From the sequence record NC_028957.1: a stretch of DNA of 64,000 nt. One strand, given 5' to 3'. The translations under genes and the position numbers were made by a program. Below are positions 38,361 to 47,698 of the stretch, piece by piece (the stretch's first letter is position 1; the number at the start of each line of letters is the position of its first letter). The notes beneath the pieces are model-generated. The model was not told the DNA's origin. It ran no database searches and saw nothing but the letters and a program-made list of their open reading frames with translations. The DNA is from Escherichia phage vB_EcoM_VR26.

Positions 38361-38674
38361 TCTTCAATTAAGTCCTGGTCATACCCCAAGGATATCAGTT
38401 TTGTTTTAAAGGCAGGAATATTGGTCATTTTTTCATCATTGACAAAAATCACCGGGTAACGAATGTTAAGGGTAGGATATCCAGCACGCTTAGCCAGAGA
38501 CACGATTAAAGGCCTGTCATAAGCGATTTCAGAGCCTTGTTTGTTAAGGACTGAATAGAATGTATAGGGAAGGTTTAAGGAGCCCAGAAGGCTCCTGATG
38601 TGCATACAACCAGGGCATCGACCGACTTCTTCGGGAATGCCATAGATTTCAATTTTAGTCGAGTTTTGGCCCAC
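38357..38674 (-). CDS. glutaredoxin/thioredoxin-fold protein (NrdH-like)
   Basis: 105 aa; redox motif CPGC near N-terminus. Confidence 0.55.
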   Translation of the reverse strand: MGQNSTKIEIYGIPEEVGRCPGCMHIRSLLGSLNLPYTFYSVLNKQGSEIAYDRPLIVSLAKRAGYPTLNIRYPVIFVNDEKMTNIPAFKTKLISLGYDQDLIED

Positions 38675-38954
38675 AGGAAATTACTCCTTGGTAGTTCCAG
38701 GTTTTAATAACTTCTTCATCACTGGTAGTTTCATACGGAATGTAAACCTGTACAAGGAAACCAGTGTCATCGAAAGAGAAATAAACTGTCGGTTTGATTC
38801 CATGAATCTCGGATTGGGCATAGATATCTTTAAGGTCTTCTTCCTTATCAGCAAAGAATTCCGGGTTCAGGTCACAGTCATGGAAGTACCATTCATCACC
38901 GAACTTGTCCCACGCGGTCCAATTAGTAGCTACATATTCTTCAAAACGTTTCAT
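38655..38954 (-). CDS. hypothetical acidic protein
   Basis: 99-aa ORF. Confidence 0.4.
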   Translation of the reverse strand: MKRFEEYVATNWTAWDKFGDEWYFHDCDLNPEFFADKEEDLKDIYAQSEIHGIKPTVYFSFDDTGFLVQVYIPYETTSDEEVIKTWNYQGVISCGPKLD

Positions 38955-39166
38955 TCTTTCACCTTCATCATTTTAGCAATAACACTATGGACAGCCTGGA
39001 TTCGTTTGTCGAACTCAGAGCTTTCGAGGCCAGGATTGGTGCTCAACCAACCAATGATAACAAACAGCAAACCAAACGGGATAGCCAGAATAAGCAGACA
39101 AACGATGAACAACACAAGCGTTATGTTTGCCAGAATATCTGCTGCTGCATTACGAAAATTATTCAT
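38951..39166 (-). CDS. small membrane protein
   Basis: 71 aa with one long hydrophobic segment. Confidence 0.4.
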   Translation of the reverse strand: MNNFRNAAADILANITLVLFIVCLLILAIPFGLLFVIIGWLSTNPGLESSEFDKRIQAVHSVIAKMMKVKE

Positions 39167-39287
39167 AGAATAGCCCAGGTATTATTAACAACAAATAACC
39201 ATAGAGAAGGATATTCTACACCCATGCGGCGGATAATATCATTCATAGATTCAGCTAAAGCATAAAATGTGTAGCCATAAAAATTAA

Positions 39288-39761
39288 TCATTTGAGCGAT
39301 TTCCTCAGTTGTTTTTTAAATGAAGCTTGTAGTTTAGGCTTCGTATCAGATTCATTATAAGTCATACCGTTCAAAAGCATTTCCTGAATCATTTCTTCTT
39401 TTCCCAGGCGACCAAACTCTTTGGCTTTGTCTGTCACAAAATTGGGGTGAATATTGTTTTCGGTATAATCAGATTTCAGATAGACAAGCAAACTCTCTAA
39501 CCATTCCAGGTAGTCAACATCGCGACCTTTCAGACCCGAGCGGCTGAACTTATGCTTCATTTGTCCTTCTGTTCCATTGCACAGATTGCATAGTAACCCA
39601 CGAACCTTACCGGCTTTTGGCCCGTTCAATTCGTGGTCATGGTCAAGATGGTTGGCCTGAACATCGGAGTCCAAATCACGGTGGCAAATTGGACACTTAC
39701 CAGCTTGTGCATCATAAAGTTTTTGTTTTTCTTCTTTGTATAATTTGCCAGTCAACAACAT
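39288..39761 (-). CDS. 49: recombination endonuclease VII
   Basis: 157 aa; nearly collinear with recalled T4 gp49, including HLDHDHELNGPKAGKVRGLLCNLCNG. Confidence 0.92.
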   Translation of the reverse strand: MLLTGKLYKEEKQKLYDAQAGKCPICHRDLDSDVQANHLDHDHELNGPKAGKVRGLLCNLCNGTEGQMKHKFSRSGLKGRDVDYLEWLESLLVYLKSDYTENNIHPNFVTDKAKEFGRLGKEEMIQEMLLNGMTYNESDTKPKLQASFKKQLRKSLK

Positions 39762-39972
39762 AATAAACCCTTACCATTATTAGATAAGGGTATTTATTAA
39801 ATATTATAGAACGAGCGATGCAACCGTTTAAATTGACGAATCATCTTTTTGGTAGGACGAGTATACAATCCCACACAGGTGGCCATAAACTGGTCAGTAG
39901 GACTTCCCTTGATAAAAAGTTTCCAGACCTTACCACCATTTAACTTTTCAGTATAGACTAATTCAGTTTTCA

Positions 39973-40242
39973 TTAAACAATCCTAAAACAAGGGTATTCA
40001 CATTCAACGTTACCATTATCAATTATCATATACTCTGTGATACAAGTCCATGACCCTTCAATTTCTATGGTATCAAAAAGGTATTCATCTGTTTCAACAA
40101 CGTCCCAAACATTACATTTAACATCAGGGTCAAAACGTTGTCTTAACGCCTGGATAACATCGCCATTTTTAAATCCTGTGTCTTGAAGCTCTTTCATAAA
40201 ACCTGATTGAGCAGCATGAATATTAACAATTTCTAAAAACAT
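39973..40242 (-). CDS. hypothetical protein
   Basis: 89-aa ORF. Confidence 0.4.
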   Translation of the reverse strand: MFLEIVNIHAAQSGFMKELQDTGFKNGDVIQALRQRFDPDVKCNVWDVVETDEYLFDTIEIEGSWTCITEYMIIDNGNVECEYPCFRIV

Positions 40243-40433
40243 TAAAAGGCCTCATCAGAATAGCGAAGTTGAGCTTCAAGCCAATGAATATAATCTGCTG
40301 CGGCAAAAATTAAAGCCGATTCTTCATCGGGTAACTTACGAGAATCCGACAGCTCGTAAAGAGAATGTTCAATTAAACGACCTTTATGTCGACCTACTTC
40401 AATTTTGGTACTCATACCCAAACTCCATATCAA
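40242..40433 (-). CDS. hypothetical small protein
   Basis: 63-aa ORF. Confidence 0.35.
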   Translation of the reverse strand: MIWSLGMSTKIEVGRHKGRLIEHSLYELSDSRKLPDEESALIFAAADYIHWLEAQLRYSDEAF

Positions 40434-40531
40434 TTAAATCATTGTTTGAAGGTTCATTATACTCTATTTCGGAATCGTTGTAAACCGGTTCCTCTGGCTC
40501 GACAGTTTCCCATCGAGCGGTATACCATGGC

Positions 40532-40840
40532 TTAACGGTCACACCAATAACTACTTACTTCAAAATCAGGCTCACCGTCGTCCCAATACCAAGGACCAAC
40601 CGGATGCCAATCGCCATGCTTATCTTCTTCATATTCTTCAGATTCAAGCCCGACATATTGCCATTGGACTTCATAAGCAGTGCCACCAATTACAACCGTG
40701 TTTTCGCCGTACGGGTTAGCAACAGCAAAGTCAATACCTTCTTCTTTCGCCAGGGCTACCATGTATTCATAGAGTTTATATTCCAGGTCGTCTTCTGTAC
40801 CGTCACCTAGAAAAATGGTCTGTTCGTTTAATTCAATCAT
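40532..40840 (-). CDS. hypothetical acidic protein
   Basis: 102-aa ORF. Confidence 0.4.
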   Translation of the reverse strand: MIELNEQTIFLGDGTEDDLEYKLYEYMVALAKEEGIDFAVANPYGENTVVIGGTAYEVQWQYVGLESEEYEEDKHGDWHPVGPWYWDDGEPDFEVSSYWCDR

Positions 40841-41025
40841 AATTCCACCATAAATTCAAATAGCTGGTCACGTACACAAGTATCAGTCCAACCCCATTCG
40901 TTGGCTTCTTCTTTTAACCAATCCGGGAGATTTGCCAATACGGTTTCTTTACTAGGCGCAGGAGTATCAAACTCTCTTGCAAACTCTCTTGCGCAGGTTT
41001 CATAAGCTGTATCAAATTCGGTCAT
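40837..41025 (-). CDS. hypothetical small protein
   Basis: 62-aa ORF. Confidence 0.35.
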   Translation of the reverse strand: MTEFDTAYETCAREFAREFDTPAPSKETVLANLPDWLKEEANEWGWTDTCVRDQLFEFMVEL

Positions 41026-41185
41026 TTAAAGTTCCAGAATGAAGCACCAACCAGAAATAAAGGCCAACAAATCATAGACGTCAGCCACCAACAAAAATCA
41101 CCTGCACCAAAATCATCTAATTTAGCTAGGGTCTTAGCATACCCAATACCAATGATAATATACAAAACACCCAACATTAATTCAA

Positions 41186-41449
41186 TCATTTGAAATATTC
41201 TCGCAGTTCAGTGAATCCGCCAATATGACTTCCGTCAGGAGCAAACACTTGTGGCATAGTCAAACCAATTTGAGATTCGCGACCAAGTGCAGCCAGGAGT
41301 TGAGCAATCTTCTCATCATCAAACACACCTTTTTCTGGCATGACGTTGATGAATTCGTAAGGTTGTTTTTTAACATCCAAAAAACGTTTTACATTATCGC
41401 AGAATACACAGCGATGGATAGATGAATCATAACCATATACTTTAAACAT
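41186..41449 (-). CDS. nrdC: thioredoxin
   Basis: 87 aa, near-identical to recalled T4 NrdC (MFKVYGYDS, CVFC, GGFTELREYFK). Confidence 0.9.
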   Translation of the reverse strand: MFKVYGYDSSIHRCVFCDNVKRFLDVKKQPYEFINVMPEKGVFDDEKIAQLLAALGRESQIGLTMPQVFAPDGSHIGGFTELREYFK

Positions 41450-41450
41450 A

Positions 41451-41708
41451 TTATTCCTTAATTCCTAATACTTGTTTGAAGGTCTCAGTATAATCGGAGT
41501 ATTGACCGGTTTGTTCTTTATGTTTGTCCATAATATCATAAACTTCTGAACGCATATTATTATACGAACGGGTTAAAGCGGATTTCAATACTGAATAACT
41601 ATCCGGAAATTTACCGTGTTCTTTATAATAGGCCAGAGTTAATTCACGGACCGCCTTATCAGCAGTCTCAAGATATTCTTTACGCTTTGCCATTTTCTTC
41701 TCGCTCAA
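41451..41708 (-). CDS. hypothetical protein
   Basis: 85-aa ORF. Confidence 0.4.
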   Translation of the reverse strand: MSEKKMAKRKEYLETADKAVRELTLAYYKEHGKFPDSYSVLKSALTRSYNNMRSEVYDIMDKHKEQTGQYSDYTETFKQVLGIKE

Positions 41709-41901
41709 ATTTGTGTTTACAATGACGGCATTTATATTGAAGCGGAGAGCTACGCCAATAAGTCAATTGGACCTGTTCAGTTCCGCATTCAGGGCAGTTC
41801 GGAACATTCTTAGAAGCTTGTTCACGTCGTTCGACAATTTTAATAATTTGGTTCCAATCAGGAATAGTTTCTGCAATGTCTTCTCTTAAACGTTGTTTCA
41901 T
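41680..41901 (-). CDS. zinc-ribbon protein
   Basis: 73 aa; CPECG...CRHCKH four-Cys ribbon. Confidence 0.45.
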   Translation of the reverse strand: MKQRLREDIAETIPDWNQIIKIVERREQASKNVPNCPECGTEQVQLTYWRSSPLQYKCRHCKHKFEREENGKA

Positions 41902-42875
41902 TTCAACAGCTCCAGAGCCTGTTCCAGTTTATCCAGACGATTGGTTGATTCTTCCCAGAGCTTTTTAGCTTTAGTGTAGGCCTCAGTTAAGATTTTATTA
42001 TGTTCAAGAGCTTCCGAGTAAGCCTTTTCTAAGGCGATAACTTCAGGGCGTACATTATCAGGAACATTATTAATGGCTTCAGCCCATTTAACTTCTTGCG
42101 GTGCATTCATAATTTCCTCACTTTTCTTTTTATAGATTTCTGCATCAGTTGGTTGCTTTGCACATTTAACTTCGCGCAGTGTCACCACAATTTTATAACC
42201 TTTCCAACCATGAGAACTGGTGATAGGGTCAACTTTAATTTTTTCAACAGTGTGCATATAATTAAGTGCACACTGCAGCTGATGAGTGAGCGTGCACGCA
42301 ACATCAAGATACTTTTTGATATTTTCAGGCGTAGCCTCTGGAGTATAGAACTCACGCTTAACTGTAATAATTACCTGATTTTCACCAGAATCTTTAACCT
42401 TTACCATGTGCTCAGCCAGATGGTAGATAGTGCGAAAATCCCCACCCATCAATTTTGTTGCTGATTTTATGATAGACATTTTGTTATTTCTGAATTCACG
42501 TGACCAACTGTTTGCGAATTCAGAAACAGTATAGCCTTGTTTATCAAGATAGTATTTTTCAACATCACCAAACCAATGATATCCAATTGTACCTTTACCA
42601 CGTCTGGATTCAACACCAAACTTATTAAGAAGGTCTTTATTAACCAGGTATGCCAGGACTCTGGAACCTTTAAAAGTTTTCTTGATATCATCATTACCTG
42701 CGCGATTCGCAATAGCCGCGATGTCTTTCTCAAAGTGACAGGATGCAATAATCGTCGAGTCAATCTGATTTAACCAGGAATTGATAATTGAAAGGATAGC
42801 CGATTCACCTATTAATGGTTTTACTTTTGTATCGATAGTGGTGTTAAAGGCCTGAATATATTCGTTACGTGTCAT
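41898..42875 (-). CDS. hypothetical protein, coiled-coil C-terminus
   Basis: 325-aa ORF; no recognised motif. Confidence 0.5.
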   Translation of the reverse strand: MTRNEYIQAFNTTIDTKVKPLIGESAILSIINSWLNQIDSTIIASCHFEKDIAAIANRAGNDDIKKTFKGSRVLAYLVNKDLLNKFGVESRRGKGTIGYHWFGDVEKYYLDKQGYTVSEFANSWSREFRNNKMSIIKSATKLMGGDFRTIYHLAEHMVKVKDSGENQVIITVKREFYTPEATPENIKKYLDVACTLTHQLQCALNYMHTVEKIKVDPITSSHGWKGYKIVVTLREVKCAKQPTDAEIYKKKSEEIMNAPQEVKWAEAINNVPDNVRPEVIALEKAYSEALEHNKILTEAYTKAKKLWEESTNRLDKLEQALELLK

Positions 42876-42932
42876 AGTGTTCTCCTCATAAAGTAGGAAT
42901 CATTATATTCCCTCCATCCTTGGAAGTAAACA

Positions 42933-43868
42933 TTATTTTAATGCTTTGATTGCAGCTTGCAATTTATTGCGTTGCTTTTCCATGTTCTTGATGCGATTCA
43001 GAACATCCTGGATACCCTTCTTCTCATCTTCAATCAGACCATTTAAGCGGTTGACTGATTCCTTGATAGCATCCGCATGATAGCTCTCAATAGGCTTCAT
43101 CGCAGGGTTAAAGATTTCAATAGAGCTGGCTGGCTTCATTGACGGGTTAAAGCCGGCTGGCTGGATTTTCCACTGATACGTATTTTTAACGTCCAGGGGT
43201 GAAATAGATGGTGATGTATATTGACCTGCAAATGCTGGGCCATATGATGCAGTAGGGATACGTTCCATTTCTGGTTCCTTTTTCTCTTGATAAGGTGCAT
43301 AAGACAAAAGATATTCCTTTGTCAGTTTAATATCGATAGTTACGGTTTTAAGGAATTTTTCCGTTTGGTGGATATAATTTGTATCTTCATCAAACGTGTA
43401 CGATTCAACAGCATGGCGCATATAAAACAGCGCAATACCCATAACCTCTTTAAAGTTATGACAAAGAGCAACATCGCCCTTGGTGGTTGGTTTGAACTTA
43501 ATCTGTACACCATCATTCTTGATATTGATAATCAAGTTGTCAGAGTTAAAATTATAGTTCTTGATGTTAACCGGAGCTTTGCGAATACGAAATCCGCCGG
43601 CCAGAATTTCCTTGATACTCTTACGAACCGTGGCACCAAACAAAAACGCTGGGCGGCGGCAGTAATCATTCAGAGAGTTAATTCTTACAATACGTTGGCC
43701 ATACCCCTGGGTAGCAGAACCTGATTTGATTTTGCCAAAGTTAACCAAAGAATTCATTGCGATAAGACGAGTCACACGACCGTCATGTGGTTCATAACTA
43801 CTAGCATATTCAGCGCGAGTTTTAATTTTCATATCATAGTCCAAATAATTTTTCATAAAATTTAGCAA
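42933..43868 (-). CDS. hypothetical protein, coiled-coil C-terminus
   Basis: 311-aa ORF; no recognised motif. Confidence 0.5.
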   Translation of the reverse strand: MLNFMKNYLDYDMKIKTRAEYASSYEPHDGRVTRLIAMNSLVNFGKIKSGSATQGYGQRIVRINSLNDYCRRPAFLFGATVRKSIKEILAGGFRIRKAPVNIKNYNFNSDNLIINIKNDGVQIKFKPTTKGDVALCHNFKEVMGIALFYMRHAVESYTFDEDTNYIHQTEKFLKTVTIDIKLTKEYLLSYAPYQEKKEPEMERIPTASYGPAFAGQYTSPSISPLDVKNTYQWKIQPAGFNPSMKPASSIEIFNPAMKPIESYHADAIKESVNRLNGLIEDEKKGIQDVLNRIKNMEKQRNKLQAAIKALK

Positions 43869-44049
43869 TAGGCCAAAACACCATCATAATTGCCCAAACA
43901 AACCAAAGCAGAGGCCATACTAGTGTAATGAATACTGCATCATAACTTGACTCAATTTCGACTGGATTCCAATCACCAGATTTATGAATGAGTATGGTCG
44001 TTATGAATCCTAATACAAAGTAAAGGAAAATAAAACCTACTATTTCCAT
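43834..44049 (-). CDS. small membrane protein
   Basis: 71 aa, two hydrophobic segments. Confidence 0.4.
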   Translation of the reverse strand: MEIVGFIFLYFVLGFITTILIHKSGDWNPVEIESSYDAVFITLVWPLLWFVWAIMMVFWPIAKFYEKLFGL

Positions 44050-44133
44050 ATTAACCTACAATATTTGAGAATATAAGCCACAAAATACCTGTGGCAACGA
44101 ATACATAACCGAGAACGGCGAGCCATTCCATCA

Positions 44134-44982
44134 TTAATCCTTAAGCAACTCAATAACGTTCATCAGTTTCTGACGTTCAGCTTTCGCTGCATTGTTCAGT
44201 CCTGACAGACGGAAAATTTCATCATCTTGCTGCTGGATGGTGATGTTAAGCTCTTCAATCTGTTTAGTGAAAAGCTCAATTTGCTCTGAATATTTTTCAT
44301 TGCTTCGCACTGGAACAGGTTCCATTTTAGGAGCTTGCTCTGAAGGACTATCAACTACAACTCGGTCTTTAATTTGACATAATTTAATACGCTGGACGCC
44401 TCCAGTTTTAACATCATAAAATACAAGAATTCCATGGGTCTCTAGTTCAGACAAAGCCAAACGGAGGTGGAATTTCCAGTTTTCGTATTGACATCCGCTA
44501 AAAGAAGAAATACTGTATTCGCCTTCATTTTGACCTTTAATAACATTAAATAGTTTGTAATCTAAAGAATTATTGGTTTTAAAGGTCATTTGTTTATCTT
44601 GACCGCTTGCTAAACGAGCACCTAATGCCAATAAACGGCGTTGGTTAGTATGAAGGTCTTTGACCACTTCATCAAATGTCATGGTGCTAATCGCACGACC
44701 ATAAAGGTCATAACCTTTATTATAATTTTTAAGTAAAATTTTGGCATTAGCACGAGACAACATACCTGAACGTTGAAGAGATTTCATGACTCGGTCTTCT
44801 AATGTAAGCAAGCCCGTTGTTTTATTAAAGATTTTAGTGAATTCAGCAGAATTAGTACAAACATTGAACTTATTCCACATCATATATAGAACATTTAAAA
44901 CAACATCTTTAGTGCTTGGAATACTGTTAAATTTAACAACTTTTTTAACTTCAGAACGAATTTCATTAATTGCTTGTGACAT
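44134..44982 (-). CDS. hypothetical protein, coiled-coil C-terminus
   Basis: 282-aa ORF; no recognised motif. Confidence 0.5.
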   Translation of the reverse strand: MSQAINEIRSEVKKVVKFNSIPSTKDVVLNVLYMMWNKFNVCTNSAEFTKIFNKTTGLLTLEDRVMKSLQRSGMLSRANAKILLKNYNKGYDLYGRAISTMTFDEVVKDLHTNQRRLLALGARLASGQDKQMTFKTNNSLDYKLFNVIKGQNEGEYSISSFSGCQYENWKFHLRLALSELETHGILVFYDVKTGGVQRIKLCQIKDRVVVDSPSEQAPKMEPVPVRSNEKYSEQIELFTKQIEELNITIQQQDDEIFRLSGLNNAAKAERQKLMNVIELLKD

Positions 44983-45045
44983 ATTATTTTCCTCAATAGA
45001 TTAATCAAAGGTCAGAACCATTATACCATCCTTGGGATAAAGCGT

Positions 45046-45570
45046 TTATGCGTGAACCGTCTTTAAACGCTCTTCAAATTTCAGAAGGAGTACCTGGCGC
45101 TCTGCTCTTTGTTTGGTATAGGTTTCAATACGCTCTGAAGTGAGATTGTATTGTTCATTAACTGATTCCCGCATGAATTCAGGAATCTCTTTACATGCTT
45201 TGATTTCATTGAACTTATCAAGCACTGCTTGTTGTTCAGCAATCAGACCATCATAATATTGGATATCTGATTTGATGTTCTGTACATCAGATTCAGTTGG
45301 CATATTTTTCTTTGCTCTTGCCGCTTGATACTCAGCATTAGTCTCTCTTGACCAGAACAAAGAGCGGTTTTTGTTAGTGTTTTTATACACATCAACAATA
45401 CCAACTGAATCAACAGTCACAATCCAGTTCCAGGCGTTTTTATAAGTTTGACCACCTGATACTGTAATCTCACCTGCACAAGCAACATCATTAAAGAACT
45501 TGCTTTGTGCTTCTGATTTAAAATTACCATTATTGTAATTAATCAGATTAAAGATTGATTTGACTTCCAT
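45046..45570 (-). CDS. hypothetical protein
   Basis: 174 aa; GGGAGAA SD; promoter with inverted repeat upstream. Confidence 0.5.
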   Translation of the reverse strand: MEVKSIFNLINYNNGNFKSEAQSKFFNDVACAGEITVSGGQTYKNAWNWIVTVDSVGIVDVYKNTNKNRSLFWSRETNAEYQAARAKKNMPTESDVQNIKSDIQYYDGLIAEQQAVLDKFNEIKACKEIPEFMRESVNEQYNLTSERIETYTKQRAERQVLLLKFEERLKTVHA

Positions 45571-45596
45571 TTTATTCTCCCGTTTGTTTGGTAACT

Positions 45597-45637
45597 CAGT
45601 ATAGGAACATTATGTCACGCTCCCATACTGGTGTACA
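45597..45637 (-). promoter_or_regulatory. early promoter with 10-bp inverted repeat bracketing the -10
   Basis: TGTACA 45632-45637; -10 45609-45614; arms cagtatagga (45597-45606) and tcccatactg (45621-45630), one mismatch. Confidence 0.5.
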
Positions 45638-45640
45638 CAT

Positions 45641-45943
45641 TTAATTAAAAGTTCTTTCAGTATTTTCACCACTGAACCAGGCGCTCTTAACAGCTTGCTG
45701 TGCGCGATGAATCTGTTCAGCCATATAAACACCAAGGGCCTCTGCCTTTCTTGTCCTGTGGGCTTCTGCGGCGACCATTTGCAGCTTATCCATCATGATA
45801 AGAGCTTTACATTTCTCCTTCAGAGCATAACGTTTCTTCTCTTCTGGAGGTTTGACCATTCCTCTTAACTTGTGCATTTTCAACTTAAAATGGTCAGCAG
45901 ATTTAAGACATGCATCAATCATGTCAATTTCATACTTTTTCAT
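45641..45943 (-). CDS. hypothetical protein
   Basis: 100-aa ORF. Confidence 0.45.
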   Translation of the reverse strand: MKKYEIDMIDACLKSADHFKLKMHKLRGMVKPPEEKKRYALKEKCKALIMMDKLQMVAAEAHRTRKAEALGVYMAEQIHRAQQAVKSAWFSGENTERTFN

Positions 45944-45949
45944 AATTCC

Positions 45950-46156
45950 TCACTTGCGACGACGTTTTGGTAATGGTTTAGGGAAGAACATTGCTTTACC
46001 TGCAGGGGTCAAAGTCACACGCAAAGCATTACCAATACCAAGGGATGATTTAACCAGACCTTTGGCTTTTAACTCACCAAATGCTTGGCGTTGTTCAGGG
46101 TCACGTGTGTTAACCATCAGACCTTTTTCACCAGCAGCTTTGATTAATTCTAACAT
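45950..46156 (-). CDS. hypothetical basic small protein
   Basis: 68 aa; basic C-terminus KPLPKRRRK; promoter with inverted repeat upstream. Confidence 0.45.
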   Translation of the reverse strand: MLELIKAAGEKGLMVNTRDPEQRQAFGELKAKGLVKSSLGIGNALRVTLTPAGKAMFFPKPLPKRRRK

Positions 46157-46184
46157 TTTATTCTCCAGTTTTTATTTGGTAACT

Positions 46185-46225
46185 CAGTATGGGAACATTA
46201 TACGTCTATCCCATACTGATGTACA
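46185..46225 (-). promoter_or_regulatory. early promoter with perfect 10-bp inverted repeat bracketing the -10
   Basis: TGTACA 46220-46225; TATAAT 46197-46202; arms cagtatggga (46185-46194) and tcccatactg (46209-46218). Confidence 0.5.
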
Positions 46226-46461
46226 TCTATTTTATATAATTTTTAATATCAATTCTACCCTGGTAGTGCTTGGCGGTTTCCTTCATCTTTTCTACGTCAA
46301 TACCAACAATAACCTCACATGATTGACTTCCATGATGGTGTTTAAAATGTTCAATCGCTTCCTCTCGCGTTTGTTTGGATACGCGCGGTCTCATATGATT
46401 CATAAGGGCTCCTTAGTAAAAATTCATTATGCATCAACAGAGACAAGTTTGTATACCTTTA

Positions 46462-46493
46462 AAATAAAAAAAAAAGGACCCCGAAGGGTCCTT
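46462..46493 (-). terminator. rho-independent terminator (UUCG tetraloop, long U-tract)
   Basis: aaggaccc-cgaa-gggtcctt preceded on plus strand by A14. Confidence 0.6.
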
Positions 46494-46687
46494 AGATTGC
46501 ACTCCAAAAATTATGGAATCTTATAGTATTGATAGCCCAGTTAACAAAACGCCTGGTTTGTTTGGAAGTTGGTTTACACGTGTACTTAATGTTGATTCGT
46601 CTGCCAGTTTCCCGACAGACTGCTTCGAGATACCAGCGCCGACCTTTATTGGGTCTTCCATATGATAAGAAGACCTTCATTTCTTCA

Positions 46688-47698
46688 TTAACGATAATAG
46701 GAATTGTGGTTGTCAAGATATACCTCTTCAACAAACTTGTCCCAGAACTTCATGTCTACCTTATCAGGCATACCGTTCTTGGCCGCCCAGACGGCATTGG
46801 TTTCGACTTCATCGACGATTGCTTCAAGTTCAGCTTGTACATCTTTAAAAGCGTGTAGGCCTTGTTTGATTTCAAGGATAAATGGAGCCGTACGTAAAGG
46901 ATATTGAAGGTCACCGGTCATATAAATTTCCTTCAGCTGATATCCAGCTCGATAAGCATGACTCAATGCTTTCCAGTCAATACCTTCATTCGCTTCGGCC
47001 TTACGAGCGCGTTCACCATATTCGGCATCAAGTTTATTCAGAGATTGCTTAAGCTCGATTAATGACAAAGTAGTTTGGTATTTGCGACCGAGAACAGTAT
47101 AAAACGTTTGAGGACCGGTTTTCTCATGGTTATGGAACACCCATTCGCAAAATTCGTTCTCTGGAAGACGATGCTTAATATCTTCAACTTTAGTACGACG
47201 TTGTTTAGTCGTACCATCTTCTTGGTAGTCAACCCACTGTTCAGGAATCTGGTTAACAATTGCCAGTACACCACGTAAAGCAGCCAGTCTAGAACCTTTA
47301 ACACCATATTTTGAAGCTTGCTTACGGACATACCCCAAATATGCTTTCATGTTGGTCGTATAGAACCGTGAACGGTTGTCTTGGATAAATTTCCATACAT
47401 CTGGTAAATCGGATTTGACTACCAGGTTAGCCGGAGTGTGAATCATGTCCAGAGCAACAGTTTCACCTTCAGCCGCCAGTTTAAAGAAATATTTCAGGCT
47501 ATAAAGCTCGTGGTCAACATCGTCTTTAGTGTTTTTGGATGCCGTGTTATTCGTGTTCAAGTTTGTATGATTCATAGCCGTACCTAACAGAATGTCACGT
47601 GGGTGTGGAACAAAGATTTCCTTAAAATCGACATCAGATTCAGGAGTACTTGTTCCATAAAGATGTGAGCCAAAATAGCCCTTCATAACTGTTCTCAT
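46688..47698 (-). CDS. nucleotidyltransferase-fold protein (Pol-beta superfamily)
   Basis: 336 aa; N-terminal FGSHLYGTSTPESDVDF fits the G[SG]-x9-13-D-x-[DE] pattern; later acidic VALDMIH. Confidence 0.5.
   Translation of the reverse strand: MRTVMKGYFGSHLYGTSTPESDVDFKEIFVPHPRDILLGTAMNHTNLNTNNTASKNTKDDVDHELYSLKYFFKLAAEGETVALDMIHTPANLVVKSDLPDVWKFIQDNRSRFYTTNMKAYLGYVRKQASKYGVKGSRLAALRGVLAIVNQIPEQWVDYQEDGTTKQRRTKVEDIKHRLPENEFCEWVFHNHEKTGPQTFYTVLGRKYQTTLSLIELKQSLNKLDAEYGERARKAEANEGIDWKALSHAYRAGYQLKEIYMTGDLQYPLRTAPFILEIKQGLHAFKDVQAELEAIVDEVETNAVWAAKNGMPDKVDMKFWDKFVEEVYLDNHNSYYR

Noticed and set aside
46492-46734. 80-aa ORF overlapping the 3' end of the nucleotidyltransferase gene
   Set aside because: The track start overlaps the upstream gene by 47 nt; a shorter internal start is possible but I found no SD to support it. 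Noted under the nucleotidyltransferase finding only.
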